Translations under genes and position numbers: made by a program | Notes under the pieces: model-generated | What the model saw: only the letters and a program-made list of their open reading frames with translations | Databases searched by the model: none | What the model was told of the DNA's origin: nothing | Part shown: positions 16,985 to 26,381 of the stretch, in pieces | Numbering within the stretch: position 1 is the first letter of the stretch | Layout: each line of letters opens with the position of its first letter | Origin: a bacterium | Lineage (GTDB): Bacteria; UBA6262; WVXT01 | NCBI GenBank assembly: GCA_046759165.1 | Contig: JBHIBS010000009.1 | Span: 1-53,798, forward strand | Direction: 5' to 3' | Length of the DNA: 53,798 nt

Positions 16985-19085
16985 CCTCTTGTTAGAAATT
17001 GGGACTGAGGAACTCCCTGCTACATGTATTGAGCCAGCCTTAGAGCAGATGGAGGCGCTCTCTAAGAAGCTCTTTTCAGAGGAAAGGATCCCATTTAAGG
17101 ACATAAAAACTTACGGTACGCCTCGCCGGTTGATTCTATTTATGAGAGAAGTTGCAAGGAAACAGGATGACCTTATTCTGGAAGTTCTCGGCCCATCAAA
17201 GAAGGCTGCATTTGATTCAGAGGGTAATCCTACCAAAGCTGCGATTGGCTTTGCTAAGAGCCAGGGAGTAGAAGTTGGAGACTTGGTGGCCCGGAAAGTA
17301 GAAAAGGGAGAGTATGTCTTCGCATTGAAAAGGGAGTCTGGCCGAGCTGCTTTGAAGGTCTTAATAAAAATATTAAAACAGATTATATCTGGTATCTCCT
17401 TTCCAAAATCTATGCGCTGGCCCCAGAGCAACATAAGATTTGCCCGACCTATCAGGTGGATACTTGCCCTTTATGGCACAAAGACTGTAAATTTTTCTCT
17501 GGGAAAGCTCAAAGCAGGAAGGCTTACCCGGGGTCATAGTCTTCTTTCAAGTAAGCCGATAATGGTAAAAAATATCGCAGAATATGAGGAACTTTTAAAG
17601 AACAACTATGTTATCATTGATCAGGAAAAGAGGAAGAAGACTATCGAGAAGGCTATCAGCAATGCTATTAGAAAAATTAAGGGTAGGTTACTAGAGGATA
17701 AGGAGTTACTGGATGAAGTGAATTATTTGCTGGAATATCCCACAGCGGTTGTGGGTCGTTTTGATGAGAAATACTTGAAACTTCCACCGGAAGTTCTGAT
17801 TACTTGCCTCAGGCATCATCATAAGTACTTTTCTTTGCTTGATGGGGAGGGTAGACTATTGCCCTATTTTGTGGGCTTGAGAGACGGGATTTCCGAATAT
17901 ATGGAGAATGTGCGGGAAGGCTATCAGAGAGTACTGAGTGCGAGACTGAAGGATGCTGAGTTCTTCTTTGAGCAGGATACCAAAAAAAAGCTCGATGAAA
18001 ATGTGGAGAAATTGAAGGGTGTGGTTTTCCAGGAGGAATTGGGAACACTTTATGAGAAGACTCAAAGAATTATTAAGCTCTCTGATATAATCGCCGGGTT
18101 ATCGAATGCAAATTGTAAAAAATCGACTCTTAAAAGAATTGCATTACTCTGTAAAGCTGACTCAGTTACCGAAATGGTTGGCGAATTTCCAGAACTACAG
18201 GGAATTATGGGTAAGGAGTATGCCACGATTTCAGGTGAAGAAAAAATTGTAGCGGATGGAATATACGAGCATCACCTACCTCTTTCAGGTGGCGGAGAGT
18301 TACCACACTCCATAGAAGGAGCGATTGTCAGCATAGCCGATAAGGTAGACACCATTACCGGAGATTTTTGTGTTGGGTTTCTACCTTCGGGATCGCAGGA
18401 CCCTTATGGGTTGCGTCGTCAAGCTCAGGGAGTCATCCGCATAATTTTGGATAAAAGGCTCAATTTGCCTCTCGATATTTTAATTAATGAAGCTTCAGGT
18501 TTACTGAGGAAATCGGCTCACTTCACTCGCCAGAGGCTTGGAAAAATTTCAGAGATTAAAAATCAAGTTCTCCAATTCTTTCGCCAGCGTCTAGAGTCGG
18601 TTCTCGCAGAAGCGGGAGTTAAATATGATGAAATCGATGCAACACTGGCGGTGGGTTTTTCCAATTTAGTTGATGCTGAACTTAGAGTCCTTTCTATCCA
18701 TAAGTTGCGGAAGTCTCCCGATTTTGAAGCGATTATTATTGCCTTTAAAAGAGCAAGAAATATTCTGAAACAAGCTGAGGATTGGAAAATCAAGGTTCTG
18801 AGTTCTCAGTTTAATGAGAAGGAGTTAAAGGAGGCTGAAGAGAAAAGACTTTTCGAAGGATCTAATAAAATCGAGAAGGAAACTGAGAAATTTTTGAAAA
18901 AGAGAGAGTATCAGGAGGCTGTAGAGAAATTGGTGAGCCTGCGTAAGCCTGTGGATGACTTTTTTGATAAAGTGATGGTTATGGTTGAGGATAGGCAGTT
19001 GCGAAATAATCGTTTGGCTTTATTAAACAAGATTGTCGATCTGTTCTGTAAAGTTGCTGACTTTTCCAAAATAGTAATAGAATAG
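16968..19085 (+). CDS. glyS: Glycine--tRNA ligase beta subunit
   Basis: [55 protein letters not shown]. Confidence 0.97.
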   Translation: MEVADDLLLEIGTEELPATCIEPALEQMEALSKKLFSEERIPFKDIKTYGTPRRLILFMREVARKQDDLILEVLGPSKKAAFDSEGNPTKAAIGFAKSQGVEVGDLVARKVEKGEYVFALKRESGRAALKVLIKILKQIISGISFPKSMRWPQSNIRFARPIRWILALYGTKTVNFSLGKLKAGRLTRGHSLLSSKPIMVKNIAEYEELLKNNYVIIDQEKRKKTIEKAISNAIRKIKGRLLEDKELLDEVNYLLEYPTAVVGRFDEKYLKLPPEVLITCLRHHHKYFSLLDGEGRLLPYFVGLRDGISEYMENVREGYQRVLSARLKDAEFFFEQDTKKKLDENVEKLKGVVFQEELGTLYEKTQRIIKLSDIIAGLSNANCKKSTLKRIALLCKADSVTEMVGEFPELQGIMGKEYATISGEEKIVADGIYEHHLPLSGGGELPHSIEGAIVSIADKVDTITGDFCVGFLPSGSQDPYGLRRQAQGVIRIILDKRLNLPLDILINEASGLLRKSAHFTRQRLGKISEIKNQVLQFFRQRLESVLAEAGVKYDEIDATLAVGFSNLVDAELRVLSIHKLRKSPDFEAIIIAFKRARNILKQAEDWKIKVLSSQFNEKELKEAEEKRLFEGSNKIEKETEKFLKKREYQEAVEKLVSLRKPVDDFFDKVMVMVEDRQLRNNRLALLNKIVDLFCKVADFSKIVIE

Positions 19086-19092
19086 TGATTTA

Positions 19093-19269
19093 AAAGACAG
19101 TTTGTTCGTCACCAGCAATTTTTTAACGCTGCGGGAGCCATCTCTCCACAGAGGCAAAAGCAAGCTCGTTCCGACTACGTCGGAACTCAGACAAGCTTTT
19201 GCCTATTTAGAGATAAAGCGGAGATGGCTTCCTCGCTAAAAATTGTAATGTTCCTCACAAACTGCCTTT
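19093..19269. repeat. Family A conserved-end palindromic element (long rod hairpin)
   Basis: Arms AAAGACAGTTTGT/ACAAACTGCCTTT; nested stems CAATTTTT/AAAAATTG, GGGAGCCATCTC/GAGATGGCTTCC, AGGCAAAAGC/GCTTTTGCCT and GTTCCGAC/GTCGGAAC. Confidence 0.8.
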
Positions 19270-19283
19270 GTATCACAAGAGTT

Positions 19284-19305
19284 GTAGGTACGGTTTTAAC
19301 CGTGC
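19284..19305 (+). repeat. GTAG-type REP-like palindrome
   Basis: GTAG followed by GTACGGTT-tt-AACCGTGC. Confidence 0.6.
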
Positions 19306-19321
19306 AAAGAGGAGGAAGGGG

Positions 19322-22081
19322 GTGAATAAGTTAAGGATGGCTCGGAAATATGTCTATTTCTTTGGTGAAGGTAAAGCGGAGGGAAAGGCTGAAATGAAAA
19401 ATCTTCTGGGAGGGAAAGGGGCCAATTTGGCTGAGATGACGAATCTGGGAATTCGTGTGCCAGCTGGCTTTACCATTTCCACGGAGGTTTGCACAATATA
19501 CTACGAAAATAACGGAAAATTTCCTGAGGGGTTAAAAGAAGAAATAGATGAAAATTTGAAGAAAGTGGAAAATGCGATGGGAGCAAAGTTTGGAGATACG
19601 GAGAATCCTCTCCTAGTTTCAGTGCGCAGCGGCGCACGGGTTTCTATGCCCGGAATGATGGACACGGTTCTAAATTTAGGATTAAATGATGAAACTATCA
19701 AAGGCTTGATTAAGCAATCGGGTAATAGGCGATTTGCATATGACTGCTACCGTCGTTTTGTGCAGATGTACGGTGATGTGGTCTTGGGCTTGAAGCCAGA
19801 AGGAAAAGAAGAAGATGCCTTCGAAATTTTGATTGAGAAGAACAAGAGAGAAAAAGGAGTGAAACTGGACACGGAACTCAATGCCAAGGACTTAGAAGAT
19901 TTAGTCAAAGAGTTCAAAGTTTTGATAAAGAAGAGGAAAGGAATCGATTTTCCAGACGATCCATGGCAACAGCTATGGGAAGCTATTGCCGCTGTGTTTA
20001 GTTCTTGGAACACCAAGAGGGCAACTGAGTATAGGAGAATAAATAAGATTCCTTCTCACTGGGGGACTGCAGTAAATGTGCAAACAATGGTCTATGGAAA
20101 TTTAGGAGATGATTCGGCTAGCGGTGTGGCATTCACTCGTGATCCTGCTACAGGCGATAAGATATTTTATGGAGAGTACCTCCTCAATGCTCAGGGAGAG
20201 GACGTGGTGAGTGGAATTAGAACGCCTCATCCCATAAATAAGTTAGGAAAGAAGGATAAAAAATTGACTTCCTTAGAAGAGACAATGCCAGAAGTATATA
20301 ATGAATTGGAAGATGTTTATCAGAAAATAGAGCGGCACTATAGAGATATGCAAGATATTGAGTTCACTATTCAAAATAGGAAACTCTATCTACTACAGAC
20401 GCGGGAGGGGAAGAGGACCGGCTTTGCAGCTGTAAGAATTGCGGTGGAAATGGTGGAAGAGGGATTAATAGATAAAGAGAAAGCTCTTATGAGAGTGGAA
20501 CCAGGCCAACTGGTCCAGCTTCTATCTCCCATTTTTGGTCGCGAGGAGAAAGAAATGGCAATTGGAGATGGGAGACTTCTTTCACGGGGCCTAAATGCAA
20601 GCCCAGGGGCAGCTTCAGGCAAGGTAGTATTTGCTGCTGATGAGGCAGTGGCCATGGCAAATTCTGGTGATGAAGTCATATTGGTCCGTCTTGAGACCTC
20701 TCCAGAAGATATTCAGGGTATCAATGTGGCTCAGGGTATCCTCACTGCTCGTGGCGGGATGACTTCTCATGCCGCTGTTGTGGCTAGAGGAATGGGTACA
20801 CCCTGTGTAGTCGGTTGCGGGGCAATAAATATTGATTACCAGGGGAAGAAATTTTTGGTGAATGGAAAAGTTATTAAGCAGGGAGATTACATTTCGATAG
20901 ATGGTACCACGGGAGAGGTTATCCAGGGCAGAATGTCCACCTATCCTTCAGAAATTGTACAGGTGCTTATTGATAAGACTATGAAAAAGGAAGATTCTCT
21001 AATTTTTCGGCATTTCTCTAAACTAATGGAGTGGGCCGACAGTGTCCGAAGGCTTGGAGTCAGAACTAATGCCGATAGACCTGAAGATTCTAAGGTGGCT
21101 CGCAATTTTGGTGCTGAGGGGACTGGACTGTGCCGCACCGAGCATATGTTTTTTGAAGGAGATAGAATAGATGCTATGAGGGAGATGATTGTAGCAGAAG
21201 ACGGTGAAGGGAGGAGGAAAGCTTTAGCGAAACTGTTGCCTATGCAAAGGCAGGATTTTATCGAGATTTTCAGGGCAATGCACGATTTGCCTGTAATTAT
21301 AAGAACGCTGGATCCCCCTTTACATGAGTTTTTGCCCCATACGGATAGAGAGATAAAGGACTTGACTGAAAAGATGAACGTCCCGTTTGAAAAACTCAAA
21401 GCCAAAGTTACGAGCCTTCACGAGATGAATCCTATGTTGGGACACCGCGGCTGCAGATTGGGGATTACTTATCCTGAGATTACTGAAATGCAGGCACGGG
21501 CAATATTTGAAGCGGCCTGTGAAGTGAATAAGGAAGGGGTAAAGGTTATTCCTGAGGTGATGATTCCCCTGGTAGGAGATGTGAATGAATTTGTCCACCA
21601 GAAGAGAGTTGTGATGAAGGTGGCCGAAGACGTAATCGGCAAGTATGGAGTTAAACTAAAATTTTTGGTGGGCACCATGATTGAAATTCCTAGGGCCTGC
21701 CTTACTGCTGATGAAATTTCCAAAGAAGCAGAGTTCTTCTCCTTCGGAACAAACGATCTCACTCAGATGTGCTTTGGATTTAGCCGAGATGATGCGGGAA
21801 AGTTCGTTCCAGAATATATGGAACGGGATATTTTGAAAGACCCTCCTTTCCACACGCTCGACCAGAAAGGCGTGGGAGAGCTGATAAAGATAGGAATTGA
21901 AAAAGGAAGAAAGGTCCGACCAGATTTAGAAGTAGGCATTTGCGGTGAGCACGGAGGAGATCCCCAATCAGTAAAGTTCTGCCATCGGGTAGGAATGGAT
22001 TACGTTAGCTGTTCACCTTATAGAGTGCCCATTGCTCGGCTTGCCAGTGCCCAAGCAGTTTTAGAAGAAAAGAAGGAATAA
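19322..22081 (+). CDS. ppdK: Pyruvate, phosphate dikinase
   Basis: LGGKGANLAEM, PLLVSVRSGA..SMPGMMDT, GGMTSHAAVVARG, EMNPMLGHRGCR, SFGTNDLTQ, GICGEHGGDP. GTG 19322 follows GGAGG; ATG 19337 is an alternative start. Confidence 0.97.
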   Translation: MNKLRMARKYVYFFGEGKAEGKAEMKNLLGGKGANLAEMTNLGIRVPAGFTISTEVCTIYYENNGKFPEGLKEEIDENLKKVENAMGAKFGDTENPLLVSVRSGARVSMPGMMDTVLNLGLNDETIKGLIKQSGNRRFAYDCYRRFVQMYGDVVLGLKPEGKEEDAFEILIEKNKREKGVKLDTELNAKDLEDLVKEFKVLIKKRKGIDFPDDPWQQLWEAIAAVFSSWNTKRATEYRRINKIPSHWGTAVNVQTMVYGNLGDDSASGVAFTRDPATGDKIFYGEYLLNAQGEDVVSGIRTPHPINKLGKKDKKLTSLEETMPEVYNELEDVYQKIERHYRDMQDIEFTIQNRKLYLLQTREGKRTGFAAVRIAVEMVEEGLIDKEKALMRVEPGQLVQLLSPIFGREEKEMAIGDGRLLSRGLNASPGAASGKVVFAADEAVAMANSGDEVILVRLETSPEDIQGINVAQGILTARGGMTSHAAVVARGMGTPCVVGCGAINIDYQGKKFLVNGKVIKQGDYISIDGTTGEVIQGRMSTYPSEIVQVLIDKTMKKEDSLIFRHFSKLMEWADSVRRLGVRTNADRPEDSKVARNFGAEGTGLCRTEHMFFEGDRIDAMREMIVAEDGEGRRKALAKLLPMQRQDFIEIFRAMHDLPVIIRTLDPPLHEFLPHTDREIKDLTEKMNVPFEKLKAKVTSLHEMNPMLGHRGCRLGITYPEITEMQARAIFEAACEVNKEGVKVIPEVMIPLVGDVNEFVHQKRVVMKVAEDVIGKYGVKLKFLVGTMIEIPRACLTADEISKEAEFFSFGTNDLTQMCFGFSRDDAGKFVPEYMERDILKDPPFHTLDQKGVGELIKIGIEKGRKVRPDLEVGICGEHGGDPQSVKFCHRVGMDYVSCSPYRVPIARLASAQAVLEEKKE

Positions 22082-22864
22082 CTATATTCTGTGTAAAATC
22101 ACACCGTAGCCGTTGAGCCTTATATAAAAAGAGAAACCGATTAAACCTGCCAATATTGCTATCGAAAGCCAATCTTGCCAAGTAGACCTGAATTGAAGAT
22201 AGTAAGCTCTCCTCTTTTTAAATCCGAAACCCTTGGACTCTAACGCCATAGCCAATAGATCGGTATTTCTGATGGCATGTATGAGGATTGGAACAAAAAG
22301 AGGGACATGCTTTCTAATTCTTTTCAAGAGTCGCCCACTTTCCAAATCTAAGCCTCTCGACTTTTGAGCTTGAATGATGGTTGAAGTTGTAGCTTGGAAA
22401 GTGGGAACTAGGCGGAAGGAGAGGGAAAGGGCAAAGCTGACCGGGAAAGGGAGGCCCAGAGAACTTAATCCCAGAGTGAAATCTTCTGTTCTGGTGGATG
22501 AGAGGAAGATAATTCCCGAGGCTATCATTGTGTCTATTCTAATTCCCATGGCTAGTCCGTAAAGGAGAGATTCTTTTGATATTTGAATGAAGCCTAACCT
22601 AAATATTCGTGTTGGCCCCCGGAGAAATAAGGACCATAAGAGTGTACTGAAGAAAGCTAAAACGATTAACAGTATCCAGAATTTCTTAAGGTTGGAAAGA
22701 GCCTTGGCCAGAATAGACAGGAAGAAAACCATTACAAATATAATGGAAAGGTATAAAGGATGGTTGAATACCATCGCCCAGATGAAAAGGAGAATTAATC
22801 CTACTATCTTTGTGACCGGATGTAGACGATGCAGGAGGGATTCTTTATCCAGGTAGATAAACAT
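22082..22864 (-). CDS. ecfT: ECF transporter transmembrane T component
   Basis: SLLHRLHP.TK, RLVP, AQKSRG and AMALESKGF motifs; hydrophobic. Confidence 0.9.
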   Translation of the reverse strand: MFIYLDKESLLHRLHPVTKIVGLILLFIWAMVFNHPLYLSIIFVMVFFLSILAKALSNLKKFWILLIVLAFFSTLLWSLFLRGPTRIFRLGFIQISKESLLYGLAMGIRIDTMIASGIIFLSSTRTEDFTLGLSSLGLPFPVSFALSLSFRLVPTFQATTSTIIQAQKSRGLDLESGRLLKRIRKHVPLFVPILIHAIRNTDLLAMALESKGFGFKKRRAYYLQFRSTWQDWLSIAILAGLIGFSFYIRLNGYGVILHRI

Positions 22865-22866
22865 AC

Positions 22867-24549
22867 TTATCTTTTCAGACAGTATTTGAATTCATCAACA
22901 GAAAGGAGCGTTCTGCCCATTCTGTTGCTTAAACGTATAATTTCCGGTAATCTCAGAAAACTATTAGCCAGTTTCTCTTCTTGAGAAAAGACTTTTCGGG
23001 TCTGGTCATCTAGTATAATTTTGCCCTTATGGAGGACTAAGACCCTCTTTGCATATTCAGCAACTACCCAGAGTGAGTGGGTAATGATGATTATGGTGTG
23101 TCCTTTCCGATTAAGATTCTCTAAAAGTTCCATAACGGACTTCTGTTCTCTATAATCTAAACCTGTGGTTGGTTCATCCAGGATGAGGACGCGTGGTCTT
23201 GCGGCAAGGATTGAGGCAACGGCCACTCTCTGTCTTTCTCCCTTAGTTAAGGAGAAGGGGTCGCATTTTTCATACCCTTCTAATCCCACCTCTTTCAGTG
23301 CCTCTTCTACGAAGTGGGAGATTTTCTCTCTGGAAATTCCTAAATTCCTAGGCCCAAAGGCAACCTCCTCTTCCACTGTATCGGCAAATATCTGATGGTC
23401 AGGATTCTGAAACACATACCCTACTGTTTTCCCAAGTTCCGATACCTGTTTTCCTTTAGTGTCTTCACCAGCTACTCTGACTTTTCCTTTTGAGGGCTTA
23501 AGAAGCCCATTGAAATGTTTTACTAATGTCGTCTTTCCCGAACCATTCTGTCCAATAATGGCCAAAAATTCTCCTTCTCGAATTTCCATACTTATGTTAT
23601 CCAGAGCCTTAATATTTCCGGGATAGATATATTCTAGGTCATTTACTTCGATAATCTTCTTTCCATAACCTGTGTGCTCTTGTTCTTCTTTTTTCAGGAG
23701 AGCCGTGTATTTCTGGTCTGAGATTTTCCACTCTCTTTCTTCGAAAACTTTAAGAGTCTTCTCTACAGTGAGAGGACACGATGGCTCATCTGTTTCCTCG
23801 AAGAGTTTGGCTATCTGGGGAGGACGAATCCCATGATTCTCAAGGAGCTCTACGTCTTTCAGAATCTCGTAAGGTTTTCCTTCGGTAACTACTTTACCTC
23901 CATCCATGATTACAATCTTGTCTGTTTCCAGTACTGCTTCAGCTTCGTGCTCGATAAACAGGACGGTGTAGCCCTCTGACTTAAGTAATCTCGCTACTGA
24001 AAAAATTTCCAGTTTACCCTGAGGGTCCAGATCTGTTGTGGGCTCATCCATTATCACTATTTTTGGCCTGATAGCAAGGATGGAAGCAATAGCCAGTCGC
24101 TGTTTTTCGCCTCCAGAAAGGCTTGCCGGCTCTCTTCTTTCAAAACCTTTAAGTCTTACTAACTGCAAAGCCTCATCAATTCTCTCCCTGATTTCTTCCC
24201 GAGGGAGGCAGAGATTTTCTGGACCAAATGCCACTTCTAACTCTACATTAGTGGAGAAGAGTTGCGACTCAAAGTCTTGAAATACTAAACCTATCTCGCC
24301 TACCAGGTCATGAACTCTTTTGCCCATAATTGAGTTTCCCAAAATTCTTATTTCCCCACTGTAATTGCCCTTATGAAAGTGAGGAATTAAACGATTTAGA
24401 CAGCGAGAAAAAGTCGACTTGCCAGCTCCAGTATGTCCCATAAGGACAACCATTTCTCCTTGTTCCTGTGCGAATCTTATTCCATCTAAAGCCTTCGTGG
24501 TTCCATCTTTATAAGTAAAGCTCAAAGCATTAACGTCAATAGCTTTCAT
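22867..24549 (-). CDS. ECF transporter fused double ATPase (A-A')
   Basis: Two ABC domains: GHTGAGKS/LSGGEKQR/DEPT and GQNGSGKT/LTKGERQR/DEPT; EVAFGP motifs. Confidence 0.93.
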   Translation of the reverse strand: MKAIDVNALSFTYKDGTTKALDGIRFAQEQGEMVVLMGHTGAGKSTFSRCLNRLIPHFHKGNYSGEIRILGNSIMGKRVHDLVGEIGLVFQDFESQLFSTNVELEVAFGPENLCLPREEIRERIDEALQLVRLKGFERREPASLSGGEKQRLAIASILAIRPKIVIMDEPTTDLDPQGKLEIFSVARLLKSEGYTVLFIEHEAEAVLETDKIVIMDGGKVVTEGKPYEILKDVELLENHGIRPPQIAKLFEETDEPSCPLTVEKTLKVFEEREWKISDQKYTALLKKEEQEHTGYGKKIIEVNDLEYIYPGNIKALDNISMEIREGEFLAIIGQNGSGKTTLVKHFNGLLKPSKGKVRVAGEDTKGKQVSELGKTVGYVFQNPDHQIFADTVEEEVAFGPRNLGISREKISHFVEEALKEVGLEGYEKCDPFSLTKGERQRVAVASILAARPRVLILDEPTTGLDYREQKSVMELLENLNRKGHTIIIITHSLWVVAEYAKRVLVLHKGKIILDDQTRKVFSQEEKLANSFLRLPEIIRLSNRMGRTLLSVDEFKYCLKR

Positions 24550-24621
24550 ATCACCCCCTTAAATATTTTTGTTTGCTGACCCCGCGATAGGGGGGAGGAG
24601 TTTTGATTTGCGCCCTCGAGA

Positions 24622-24693
24622 GTAATTGCGAGGGAGCGAAACGACCGAAGCAATCTGGGGATTGCCACGCTCCTTTCAGTCGCTCGCAATGGC
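24622..24693. repeat. RPE-like palindromic element (GTCATTGCGAG...CTCGCAATGAC type)
   Basis: ATTGCGAG/CTCGCAAT terminal stem (24625-24632/24683-24690), GAGGGA-GCGAAAC-GACCGA arm, GCAATC/GATTGC inner stem. Confidence 0.75.
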
Positions 24694-24741
24694 ATGATTC
24701 TAACTCTAGATTTCCTTGGTTCCGACCAATTGGAGGGCTGC

Positions 24742-25527
24742 CTATAGTAACACAGAAGCTATAAAAATCAGAGATATTACAGGCACCATTCCCAAAGCGA
24801 TCCCAACAGAACCAGTAGTTCCTTTTAGAAAGCCCGCTCCCAGGAATCCCGACTGGTAAACTCCCAATGAGATTAAGTTTCCCAGAACTATTCCTCCCAG
24901 ACCGGCTATGCAGATGAGGATAAATCCCAGTCCCCTCAAATTCTTCCTGTGAAGCTCTCTTTTCTCAAGGATATCAGAGTAGAGCAGTCCCCACCTCTTT
25001 ATTCTGGGATAGAGAATAATTAGAAGGAAAGGGCCCAGAATGGAAGCTACCAGGAAATTATTTATGGTGATGATGTTGGCCAGAGCAGAAAAAGGAACCA
25101 GCCCCAAAAGATCGACTCCCCAGCCGATAACCACTCCGCAAACACTGCTTGCCAGGAGTACGAGGAATAGATATTTTAAGAGCTCTCTACTACCTTTAAT
25201 AGTCGGGTCTTCTTTTGAGAGAATTCCCCAAACCTTATAAGGTATAAATCCATAGAGGAAATTTCCCACAAACCCGAAGATGCTTCCCGGACCAAGAGTA
25301 CCAAAGAAGTCTCCGATTAGGTTTCCAAAGGCACTTCCCCACGCAGCCGCAGGACCGAACATTAAAGAGGAGATAATGGGAAGCACATTGGCTGGCCTGA
25401 TTTCTGTAAATCCGGGAATTATTGGTATTGGCTTAAACGGAATAAGTACGGCGGCATAAACAGAAGCCGTCACTGCTGTTAAAACTACCATTCTGGTATG
25501 TTTCCACATGGTAAACAGTTCCTTCAT
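24742..25527 (-). CDS. ECF S component, QueT-like family
   Basis: AVTASVYAAV, EIRPAN, FGPAAAWGSAFGNLIGD; hydrophobic; directly upstream of the ECF ATPase and T genes. Confidence 0.75.
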   Translation of the reverse strand: MKELFTMWKHTRMVVLTAVTASVYAAVLIPFKPIPIIPGFTEIRPANVLPIISSLMFGPAAAWGSAFGNLIGDFFGTLGPGSIFGFVGNFLYGFIPYKVWGILSKEDPTIKGSRELLKYLFLVLLASSVCGVVIGWGVDLLGLVPFSALANIITINNFLVASILGPFLLIILYPRIKRWGLLYSDILEKRELHRKNLRGLGFILICIAGLGGIVLGNLISLGVYQSGFLGAGFLKGTTGSVGIALGMVPVISLIFIASVLL

Positions 25528-25572
25528 TTACTTCACTACCTTATTAGTTTGGGCTCGCTGAAATATGTCTTA

Positions 25573-26103
25573 TCATTTTCGGTCGAAGAAAATATTCTTT
25601 CCACTGGCAGAGAGAGGGATACCCAGGACGATTTTGACTTCTTCTCCCAGTATTTTTCCCTGAACAGAAGTCCAGCCAACTGTATACATAATCCGGTTAT
25701 CTACCCTATGAGTGCTGGCAACAGAAACAGCGGAACCTACAGCAATTCCCAAGTCCCCGCTGTTGTGGGCGCAGCGAGCATGAGACTGTTTACATTTCTG
25801 GCAGTTCTCAAATCCACAAAAACCACAATTCAGACCTACTGGGCCAATTTTCGTGCCAATTAAAACCACGGCTTGTGCTTGGCGAACATTATTTGCATCG
25901 CGGGCGAAGGTATGAGGTCTTTCGGTTCTTTTTCCAAATTCTTCCATTTTCTTGGCGAGAGACTCCTTTTCCTTATCGGTTAGAACAATACTGACAATGT
26001 TGTCTATTCCCCTGGCCTTGGGTGCTGTCCTGGCTGCCACACACATCAAATTAGCCACATGTAATACTCCTTCTTTCTCAGCAGCTCTACTACTTTTAGC
26101 CAT
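25573..26103 (-). CDS. Ferredoxin-like domain protein (DUF2148 type)
   Basis: AARTAPKARG.D, RDA.NV, CGFCGFENC, DLGIAVGSA, VDNRIMY, GKNIFFDR. ATG 26103 follows AAGGAG; the ORF-track extension to 26178 runs through REPs. Confidence 0.8.
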   Translation of the reverse strand: MAKSSRAAEKEGVLHVANLMCVAARTAPKARGIDNIVSIVLTDKEKESLAKKMEEFGKRTERPHTFARDANNVRQAQAVVLIGTKIGPVGLNCGFCGFENCQKCKQSHARCAHNSGDLGIAVGSAVSVASTHRVDNRIMYTVGWTSVQGKILGEEVKIVLGIPLSASGKNIFFDRK

Positions 26104-26123
26104 AAGGTTCTCCTTTCTTAATC

Positions 26124-26225
26124 GGGTTGGATGAATTAAACCCCTACACAAAATATGTAGGGGCTCAATTTGTTGCATCTGTTTTTGCTTTTAGCACTTG
26201 GGCGACCACGGAGTGTCGCCCCTAC
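26124..26225. repeat. Cluster of three GTAG-type REP-like palindromes
   Basis: Palindrome+CTAC at 26124-26147; GTAG+GGGCTCAATTTGTTG at 26157-26180; GGGCGACCACGGAGTGTCGCCC+CTAC at 26200-26225. Confidence 0.75.
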
Positions 26226-26236
26226 AATAACATTTG

Positions 26237-26357
26237 AAAAATAGTTTGTGATATGGAGACCCCCGATTCATCGGGCGTCGATTACATCCCTCCCTTTCGG
26301 GAGGACTCCAGACTTTTCTACGTTAAGAAATTCCTTGGCGATGGACAAACTATCTTT
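26237..26357. repeat. Family A element, inverted orientation
   Basis: Arms AAAAATAGTTTGT/ACAAACTATCTTT. 26322-26358 matches the reverse complement of 4450-4486 at 28/37 positions. Cargo hairpin GACCCCCGAT-tc-ATCGGGCGTC. Confidence 0.7.
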
Positions 26358-26381
26358 TCTAATTCAATCCCACGAAGGCTC

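Noticed and set aside
25528-25572. preQ1 riboswitch upstream of the QueT-like S component
   Set aside because: The gap is only 45 nt and lacks the GGTTC stem-loop and A-rich tail, so the substrate remains unassigned.
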